NCBI GenBank assembly: GCA_030635415.1
Contig: DAOVYW010000001.1
Coordinates: 1 to 34,078, forward strand
Reading direction: 5' to 3'
Source: Candidatus Firestoneibacteriota bacterium
Lineage (GTDB): Bacteria > Oederibacteriota > JAAXVQ01 > JAUVAV01
DNA length: 34,078 nt
Shown: positions 1 through 7,008 of the stretch, piece by piece
Numbering within the stretch: position 1 is the first letter of the stretch
How the letters are laid out: each line of letters opens with the position of its first letter
The notes under the pieces: model-generated
Database searches by the model: none
The model's input: only the letters and a program-made list of their open reading frames with translations
Told to the model about the DNA's origin: nothing
Translations under genes and position numbers: made by a program

Positions 1-444
1 GGGTATCTTCTTGCAATGCTTCTTGGCGAACTGGAGCATTTCACGCAGCAGCGAAAGCGATCCTTCTCCCTTGGTCATCACTTTCCCATAGCACTCTAAT
101 AGCTCTCTGATCTGGCCAACGCTCCAGTTGTGCCAGTCGGAAAATCTGGTGCCGCCTGACTCCAGGTCCTTCTATTGGGAATAAGATGTCTTTTTCTGTT
201 TCCATCAGACCGCCCTTAGCATTCGTATTTGGGATATGAAATTCCGCTGGAATATGAGAAAATTAAAGTAGTGTCTTGACTGGGTGTCCACTAAATCAGG
301 GGAAGATCAGTGCGTCCCCTATTATTACCATTTATCAAGAGGCGAAAAGTGCCGAAAAGTGTAATTGGTTCGAGAACATATAAAGTTGCAACTCTGTTTA
401 TTATATTATGGGTATCGAATTATTCTTATCCCGGGAGCATAGGT

Positions 445-1350
445 ATGGCTAAAACAAAAATGTCTGATCAAGGATTAAGAACTGAATTGCGAGGGAATGA
501 AAATAAGCAAGAATTATATATAGCTGAAGGTTTTGATAATAATTTTCATTTTATAACGCTAGCTGATAAAAATGAATATCGAGTATTAAAAAGTGTAGAT
601 TTTGGCCGTTGGTTCACTATTGAAGACAAATATAATAATAAATACATTATTAAGAGAAGATTAAGAGAGCTTGCTAGAAGTGGCATGGGGTTGCATGTTT
701 TAAAACCAGGAGAGTTTATGATAACCGATATTTCTTTTCTTGACGGCACCTGGTATGTTATGCCGAAATTGAGAGAGCAGCATGCTGAACCTATGCAGTT
801 TAAAATTACCGGAAATTATACAATTACGAAAAAGGATCTGGAATATGAACACCTATTAATTGAAAATAAAATCCCCTCCGTGAATACCAAAACTAATTCT
901 CTGCTTATATCTTTTTCTCTTGCCTGTATGAAATTGTTAACCAAAGAAATCGATTATACATCTCCGGAGGCGCAACTCCCGGCAAATTTGTATATCCGAA
1001 TTCCCGAAAAACTGGAGGTCCTGGCTCATCCGCAATCATTCGCATGGGAACTGCCAATGCATATAATAAATCGGGGAGAGCAAATATTAAAATGGCAAGG
1101 TAAATCCGATGCTGCCTGGCTAACGATTGGACCCTCTGACGGCAGGGTTAAAAATGACGGAGAGTTTTTTGCTAATTGCAAAGTTAACGCCCAAGGACTT
1201 AAATCGGGCATTTATACTGGCAAGCTTAGAATTGAAGCAACCGCAGCTACCAATGCACCCAAAATAATAACCGTAAAATTAAAAATGTTAAAACCAAGTG
1301 ATCCTATCCCAGATTCGGAGCCGAAAATAATTAGATTAATAGAAAAATAA
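445..1350 (+). CDS. hypothetical protein (orphan) with C-terminal Ig-like/BACON-like beta domain
   Basis: The track ORF 310..1350 starts at GTG. The in-frame ATG at 445 is preceded by GGGAG (433-437) and is the more plausible start. No signal peptide. The last ~90 aa (AWLTIGPSDG...GLKSGIYTGKLRIEA...ITVKLKM) follow the W..S..G / G.Y.G.I.I / I.V.L pattern of BACON/Ig-like domains. The rest has no recognisable motif. The gene is visibly AT-richer than the housekeeping genes. Confidence 0.6.
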   Translation: MAKTKMSDQGLRTELRGNENKQELYIAEGFDNNFHFITLADKNEYRVLKSVDFGRWFTIEDKYNNKYIIKRRLRELARSGMGLHVLKPGEFMITDISFLDGTWYVMPKLREQHAEPMQFKITGNYTITKKDLEYEHLLIENKIPSVNTKTNSLLISFSLACMKLLTKEIDYTSPEAQLPANLYIRIPEKLEVLAHPQSFAWELPMHIINRGEQILKWQGKSDAAWLTIGPSDGRVKNDGEFFANCKVNAQGLKSGIYTGKLRIEATAATNAPKIITVKLKMLKPSDPIPDSEPKIIRLIEK

Positions 1351-1438
1351 GATATGGGGACTTTGTTTGGAGAGTAATAAGGATCATTCATAAAGCGGAA
1401 TTCCGGGTGATAGGGGGCCGCAGATAAGTTAATAAGTA

Positions 1439-1578
1439 ATTCTGCTGCAACCCCCTTTTTGCTGTCTTTGCGAGGAGCGGCAGCGACGAAGCAATCTCGA
1501 TTTTATAAGGATGAAATCAGATTGCCGCGCTCCCTACGGTCGCTCGCAAAGACAGCAAAAAGGGGGTTGCAGCAGAAT
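1439..1578. repeat. palindromic repeat element, copy A (36-bp perfect outer stem, structured 68-nt interior)
   Basis: 1439-1474 (ATTCTGCTGCAACCCCCTTTTTGCTGTCTTTGCGAG) is the exact reverse complement of 1543-1578. An inner 7-bp stem GCAATCT/AGATTGC is also present. The core 1462-1555 is ~95% identical to 21989-22080. It lies between the convergent 3' ends of two genes. Confidence 0.9.
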
Positions 1579-1806
1579 CATAAGTTAACTCCGGCCCCAG
1601 CACCGGCAGCACCAAAGGGAATGAGTTGAACTTGTACTCTGGAATTTTGTAATTAAACCTAGGGTCGTGTTTCAGAAATGCAATTAATATGTCACCCCGG
1701 CGTGAATCTGCGGGAACAAAATAAAATGTTTGCTGATTTGGAAAATAACGCCCAGTTCCCTCAGGCTTCGTTCAAACTGACTTTCTGATCTTCCGGAGTT
1801 TCCCCG

Positions 1807-2772
1807 TCACTTTTTATTTACTGTGTCTTTCCAAGGGCCTATTTTGTTATCATCAGCCTTGACCTGGATCCGGTTCAGTGTGTATTGAACCTTATAATTA
1901 ACCACTTCAACGTCTGCGATGATATCGTCAAGATTAGGTCCTTTGGCTCGAATACTATAACTATAATCTCCTTTAACGGTATCTGGTAACATATCCTTAT
2001 TATTCAAGCTAACTTCAAAAAGACCTTTTGGCGATACCGTCAACGTAAATATATTTATTTCTTCTATAATGGATTGCTCGCTAATCTTAATGGTCATCTT
2101 TAGTTTATCACCTTCATTAGCCAAGCATTTAACCTTGGTGTTAAGGGTTAATCTTCCAGCACCGGCCTTAAGGCGCAACTTGTTTTCCCACACCTCACCC
2201 GGTTTAATTTCCTTTTTATCTTCTGGTAAAAACTGCATTACCGAAGGTAAATAAATCAGATCAAATCGGAGAGGATAACCCGGGAATACAAATAGATTCG
2301 TGTTTTCCGGATAATTAGATTGCAAATCGATCTGATCTGAAAGCCCAAATTCATTTTTTTGGGAACCCATGTTTTTCGCGTGAGCTTCTCGAAGGTCTTC
2401 CAATTTATGGATGATCTTTCCCTTGGCGTTTAATAAAAACTTATCTCCAACAATAAACTCCTCAATAGACCGTTGCCATATTTCCTCACATGAGTCTTTT
2501 TTGACCAGTATTGGCTTTTTTCGTTCATGATCAAATGCTGGAACCAAAGTTGAGGCCGGGCAAACCCTTTTGCCCAATATTTTTCCTTTTCGTTCATAAG
2601 CCTCTCTTATTCGAGGAGTCTGGTCGGTTTCTTGATAGGTTAAATCAACCTGCTGATTCAATAAAAATACGGTGTTTAATGCCTCATTTGCCATAGTGAT
2701 ATTATCTCCGGTTAGCAGGGTTAATGAGAAAAGCAGGATTGCAAATAGTATTACCTTTAATTTAAAAACCAT
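1807..2772 (-). CDS. secreted hypothetical protein (orphan)
   Basis: 321-aa ORF. AAGGAG lies 8 nt upstream of ATG 2772. The N-terminal signal-peptide-like segment is MVFKLKVILFAILLFSLTLLTG. No recognisable catalytic motif. AT-rich. Confidence 0.7.
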   Translation of the reverse strand: MVFKLKVILFAILLFSLTLLTGDNITMANEALNTVFLLNQQVDLTYQETDQTPRIREAYERKGKILGKRVCPASTLVPAFDHERKKPILVKKDSCEEIWQRSIEEFIVGDKFLLNAKGKIIHKLEDLREAHAKNMGSQKNEFGLSDQIDLQSNYPENTNLFVFPGYPLRFDLIYLPSVMQFLPEDKKEIKPGEVWENKLRLKAGAGRLTLNTKVKCLANEGDKLKMTIKISEQSIIEEINIFTLTVSPKGLFEVSLNNKDMLPDTVKGDYSYSIRAKGPNLDDIIADVEVVNYKVQYTLNRIQVKADDNKIGPWKDTVNKK

Positions 2773-2820
2773 TGTTCAAGCTCCTTTCCCAGCCCATAAT
2801 GCCCGGTTATTTTGACTCGC

Positions 2821-3507
2821 CTATTTCCCGGGATCCTTTTTCAGGCATAAGAACCAATCCAAGCAGTGAATGTCTTTGCCGCTTTGGTCCATGCGGTCTT
2901 TAGCGGCGCCGCAGGAACCCGGGGGTGGAACAATCACGTCTTCACCTGGCTGCCAATTGGCCGGCGTGGCAATCTGGTGGGCGTCAGAGCGCTGCATGGC
3001 CGTCAACAACCGTTTGATTTCCTCCATGTTTCGCCCGTTGGATAAAGGATAATAAAGAATGGCCCGTACTTTGGATTTAGGATCCATAATAAACACGGCC
3101 CGCACGGCTTGCGTATCGCTGGCACTGGGCTGAAGCATGCCAAAAGCTTTAGCTACTTCCATCTTCAGATCCGCGATAACCGGAAAATTCACTTCCACAT
3201 TTTTCATACCTTTATATTCGATTTTTTCTTTAATGGTTCTCAGCCAGGCGATGTGACTGAAATGGCTGTCAATGGAAAGTCCGATCAGTGCACAGTTGAG
3301 GGCCTTGAAATCCTCCTGCATGGTGGCGAAGGTCATGAACTCGGTCGTGCAGACCGGGGTAAAATCAGCAGGGTGGGAGAATAAAATCACCCACTTGTGC
3401 TTGTAATCCTTGGGAAAATCAATAGGGCCTTGGGTTGTGAGGGCCTTGAATTGCGGTGCCGGATCTCCGATGAGCGGCAGGTTATTTGTTGCAGCGCTGT
3501 ATTCCAT
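2821..3507 (-). CDS. peroxiredoxin, Prx6/1-Cys-like subfamily
   Basis: WVILFSHPADFTPVCTTEF contains the peroxidatic-Cys motif PVCTTE. The C-terminal Cys pair CLDWFLC resembles archaeal/thermophile-type Prx. AGGAGG sits upstream of ATG 3507. Confidence 0.92.
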   Translation of the reverse strand: MEYSAATNNLPLIGDPAPQFKALTTQGPIDFPKDYKHKWVILFSHPADFTPVCTTEFMTFATMQEDFKALNCALIGLSIDSHFSHIAWLRTIKEKIEYKGMKNVEVNFPVIADLKMEVAKAFGMLQPSASDTQAVRAVFIMDPKSKVRAILYYPLSNGRNMEEIKRLLTAMQRSDAHQIATPANWQPGEDVIVPPPGSCGAAKDRMDQSGKDIHCLDWFLCLKKDPGK

Positions 3508-3687
3508 GTTTGTAGCCTCCTATTTTAGTTAAATTTTAGGAAAGCACTCTGATTTCCCAGGGGAAAGAGCCATTTTCCTAATGAAAAAATATACTATACA
3601 GTATTAAATGTTATTATAGGTAGTAAAAAATGACCTGAAATGTAAACGGGAAAGTGAGATAATCTGGAATCTTCTTGTTCTATTTAG

Positions 3688-3717
3688 TGGACATACCGCC
3701 TAATAAAATTCTATACT
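3688..3717 (+). promoter_or_regulatory. candidate sigma70-type promoter for the helicase gene
   Basis: TGGACA (3688-3693), an 18-nt spacer, then TATACT (3712-3717), about 100 nt upstream of the start codon. Sequence inspection only. Confidence 0.3.
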
Positions 3718-3819
3718 ATCATATTCTGCGGGTTCGCTTTTTTGGCGGAAGTTCAGGTACCGGATAGTTAGAGCCAACCACAGACGGATTGAGAAACTAT
3801 ATTTTCAATCAAATCAACC

Positions 3820-5631
3820 ATGAAAAGAGAAGTTAAAATGAAAAAAACAAAAACATTCGATGAGCTCGGCCTTAGTCCGGTGACCTTGGCTGTTCTTAAA
3901 AAAAGAGGATTTGAAGAGCCAACACCGATTCAAAGTCAGGCTATTCCGGTTTTGTTGCAAGACAATATCGACATCATCGGACAGGCCCAAACCGGGACCG
4001 GGAAAACAGCGGCCTTTGCCTTGCCCATTATTGAAAAACTAAATGACGCTGCCAAACAGGTCCAGGCTTTAATTCTGGCGCCTACCCGTGAGTTGGCTAT
4101 TCAGGTGTCCGATGATATAACCGCATTCAAAGGAGAGCGTGGATTTCATGTAATCCCGGTTTATGGTGGACAACATATTACGGAACAAATACGCCACCTT
4201 AAAAAAGGAGCACAGATTGTCGTTGGTACACCAGGACGTATTCTGGACCATCTTCGCCGGCGTACTTTGAAACTGGGTGGCATCAGATTTCTGGTGCTCG
4301 ATGAAGCGGATGAGATGCTTAACATGGGTTTTATCGATGATGTTGAAGAAATTATGTCCCAATGCAACGAAGACAAACAGGTAGCGCTTTTTTCAGCAAC
4401 CATGCCTGACCGGATTGAAGCGCTGGCGAAGAAACACATGAAGGAAATCAAGCGGGTGGTAGTTAAAAAACAGCAAATCACCTCGGATTTAACGGAACAA
4501 CTCTATTTTGAAGTCCGATCCTCGGACCGTTTTGAAGCGCTTTGCCGCATTATTGATGTGGAGGAAGAATTCTATGGTTTGATTTTTTGCCGCACCAAAG
4601 TTGATGTTGATGAAATAACAGCTAAGTTAATTGAACGCGGTTACGATGCGGAGGGCATTCATGGCGATGTCACCCAAAAACAACGTGGAAATGTTCTTAG
4701 AAAATTTAAAGACAAACGGAACAACATCCTGGTGGCAACTGATGTTGCGGCTCGTGGGTTGGATATCAACAATCTAAGTCATGTCATTAACTATGCGCTA
4801 CCCCAGGATCCGGAAGGCTATGTTCATCGTATCGGCCGCACCGGCCGGGCCGGGAAAAAAGGTGTGGCCATCACCTTTATTACACCCTCGGAATATAGAA
4901 AATTGGCATTTATACAACGTATTGCCAAAGCTGATATTCGAAAAGAGCAGGTGCCGGAAGTTTCAGAGATTATTAAAATCAAACGAAACCGTCTAACCGG
5001 AGAGATTGTGGATATCATGAAACAAGGCCGGTTGGAAGACTTTCATGATATGGCCTTTGGTATGCTGAACAAATATCCGGTGGAGGAATTGGTGCCGGCA
5101 CTGCTTAAACTTATTATTCAGGACAGACTGGATGAAAGCCAATACACGGAAATGGGCAGACCATCCTCTTCTCCGGATGCAGGGGGCAAAACCAGATTGC
5201 TGATTGGTCTGGGTCGCTCTGATGGTTACACTCCCAAAAAAATGATTGATTTTATAAAAGAGCAGACCGGACTGCGTGACCGTTTTATCGATGACCTGTT
5301 GTTAAGCGATGATTTTTCATTTATAACGGTTCCTTTTGCGGATGCTGAAAAAATGGTGAAACTGTTTGAAGCAAAAGCCAAAGGCGGACGTCCGCTTATT
5401 GTTAAAGCCAAAGGCGGGAAAAAGACCGGCAGCAGTGGCAGCGGTCGTAGTGAAACCGGTGGTGAGGATCGCGGCCGACGTAGCGAGGGAGGCCATAGCA
5501 AAGGCAGTGGTGACAACCGCAAGCAGAAAAATGAATTCCGGAAAAAGAGCCGTCTTCCGGGAAAAGGTAAACAGAAGAATAAAGGGAAGCGGAAACAAAG
5601 GGCAGGGGACGTAGTCCGGACAACGGTTTAA
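3820..5631 (+). CDS. DEAD-box ATP-dependent RNA helicase (DeaD/CsdA-like) with DbpA-type RNA-binding domain and G/R/K/S-rich tail
   Basis: Q motif GFEEPTPIQ, motif I AQTGTGKT, Ia PTRELA, II DEAD (4300-4311), III SAT, VI HRIGRTGRAG. C-terminal DbpA-like segment (TRLLIGLGRSDGYTPKKMIDFI...). The last ~75 aa are basic and low-complexity. Alternative start at ATG 3838. Confidence 0.95.
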   Translation: MKREVKMKKTKTFDELGLSPVTLAVLKKRGFEEPTPIQSQAIPVLLQDNIDIIGQAQTGTGKTAAFALPIIEKLNDAAKQVQALILAPTRELAIQVSDDITAFKGERGFHVIPVYGGQHITEQIRHLKKGAQIVVGTPGRILDHLRRRTLKLGGIRFLVLDEADEMLNMGFIDDVEEIMSQCNEDKQVALFSATMPDRIEALAKKHMKEIKRVVVKKQQITSDLTEQLYFEVRSSDRFEALCRIIDVEEEFYGLIFCRTKVDVDEITAKLIERGYDAEGIHGDVTQKQRGNVLRKFKDKRNNILVATDVAARGLDINNLSHVINYALPQDPEGYVHRIGRTGRAGKKGVAITFITPSEYRKLAFIQRIAKADIRKEQVPEVSEIIKIKRNRLTGEIVDIMKQGRLEDFHDMAFGMLNKYPVEELVPALLKLIIQDRLDESQYTEMGRPSSSPDAGGKTRLLIGLGRSDGYTPKKMIDFIKEQTGLRDRFIDDLLLSDDFSFITVPFADAEKMVKLFEAKAKGGRPLIVKAKGGKKTGSSGSGRSETGGEDRGRRSEGGHSKGSGDNRKQKNEFRKKSRLPGKGKQKNKGKRKQRAGDVVRTTV

Positions 5632-5743
5632 CCAATGGGGGATGGCTGAAGATTAGCTCAATTTAATGCTACTTATGACCAGAGATTAATTATGGCCCCG
5701 GAAGGGTGACGATAGGCCTGGAAGGATTGCGGGGGAGGCAACC

Positions 5744-6898
5744 ATGACGGATACTTCTAAATTTATTAGAGAAGCCAAAGCCTTCGAGTTTTATATAAAA
5801 ACCATTTGGCCCTGGAAACGTAAGTTGGTTAAAAGGTATTATTCCAAACGTTGCGTGCGTTGCACAGCTTCCGAACGGTATAGTCCCCTGGATGAACAAG
5901 GTATTTGTCGGTTATGCCGGGATGATAAGACCAGTACTGACAATAATAACCTTCCTCCCAGCGATATTCTTACTGAACAATTGCACCAGACCATGGCTTC
6001 ATATGTGGGCAAGGGTCAAGGGGATCATGATGCCTTAGTGCTGGTTAGTGGTGGTAAAGACAGCAGCTATATGGTCCATCGATTACATGAAGAGCATCCC
6101 AAGTTGCGGCTATTAACCTATACCCATCATAATGGTTTTATGAGTTCAGTGGCACTGGATAATGTGCAACAAGTAATCGGCAAGCTTGGCGTAGACCATT
6201 TTTTTTATCGCCCTCGCATGAACTTTATGATTCGGCTCTTTCGTTATCAACTTACGCACTTGGGTCCCAATGGTGGTTATGGCACGGTTGATTATTCTGA
6301 TGGTGAATTGCTGCTTGATAGTTCCATGAATTTAGCGGTTAAACTTAAAATACCTTTGGTGATTTGCGGGTACTCACGTTACCAACTGCTTGATGGTTTT
6401 GGTTGTGATACCTTCTTGCTGCCTGACCAGCGTCGTTATAGTGATCGCAAGGAAATCGCCGGGAATGCTTTACAAGATATTTTTCCTAACGAAGGTGATC
6501 AAGCGATTTGGTGGCATGCCTCAAAGTGGAAAAAAGAACAAATTCCACAAATGGCATTTCCCCTGTTTGCTTGGGACTTGGCAGAAGAAGAGATCCGCGC
6601 TAAGGTGTTTCAACTGGGACTTTTAAAAGCAGGCATGGTTAGCCCGGTTCTGACTAACGCTGAGTACATTCCTGTGCTGGGCGTGGTAGATATCCATCGT
6701 GACGGGTATTCCAGCTTTGAACCTGAGTTTTCCCGCATGATTCGGGAAGGGAAAGCCAAAAAAGAAAACTGGCAATATATCTGGGAAGTGCTTGAATATA
6801 CTGCGCGAACCGGGAAACTGATTAGTGGTACGATTGATCAAACCCTGGCGCGGTTAGGGCTGAGCCGCCAAGACGTGGGGATTAAGTATCAAAAATAG
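5744..6898 (+). CDS. PP-loop ATP-pyrophosphatase family protein, N-acetyl-sugar amidotransferase-like (WbpG/WbuX-like)
   Basis: N-terminal zinc ribbon CVRC...GICRLC followed by the PP-loop LVSGGKDSSY. Length (384 aa) and motif order match the N-acetyl sugar amidotransferase family as I remember it. GGGGGAGG SD lies upstream of ATG 5744. Confidence 0.6.
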   Translation: MTDTSKFIREAKAFEFYIKTIWPWKRKLVKRYYSKRCVRCTASERYSPLDEQGICRLCRDDKTSTDNNNLPPSDILTEQLHQTMASYVGKGQGDHDALVLVSGGKDSSYMVHRLHEEHPKLRLLTYTHHNGFMSSVALDNVQQVIGKLGVDHFFYRPRMNFMIRLFRYQLTHLGPNGGYGTVDYSDGELLLDSSMNLAVKLKIPLVICGYSRYQLLDGFGCDTFLLPDQRRYSDRKEIAGNALQDIFPNEGDQAIWWHASKWKKEQIPQMAFPLFAWDLAEEEIRAKVFQLGLLKAGMVSPVLTNAEYIPVLGVVDIHRDGYSSFEPEFSRMIREGKAKKENWQYIWEVLEYTARTGKLISGTIDQTLARLGLSRQDVGIKYQK

Positions 6899-7008
6899 AA
6901 ATCTGTAAGACCCATCCCTCAGGCGGCCACCCGATGGCCAAAAGAAATAACGCCGGAATTCCCGCTCCATTCAGGAGCAAAGCTCCCTACGGTGCATTTT
7001 TTAGGCGC

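Noticed and set aside
1-205. Two overlapping minus-strand reading frames at the window edge. One is a 55-codon ORF (205 down to 38, METEKDILFP...). The other frame is open from 171 to position 1 (...SDWHNWSVGQIRELLECYGKVMTKGEGSLSLLREMLQFAKKHCKKIP), which could be the 5' end of a gene running off the window or a frameshifted gene.
   Set aside because: Both are too short, with no recognisable motif and an ambiguous start (ATG 78, GTG 81). The question cannot be settled without sequence upstream of the window.
285-296. A 12-nt inverted match between 285-296 (TGTCCACTAAAT) and 3682-3693 (ATTTAGTGGACA), the latter overlapping the putative helicase promoter.
   Set aside because: In a 34-kb window, tens of 12-mer matches on either strand are expected by chance. 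There is no extended similarity around them.
5226-5635. A cluster of antisense and alternative-frame ORFs over the 3' end of the helicase gene (5226-5522, 5317-5598, 5366-5614, 5402-5635).
   Set aside because: They overlap the Gly/Arg/Lys/Ser-rich low-complexity tail of the helicase, where all frames stay open for compositional reasons. None has an SD or a recognisable motif.
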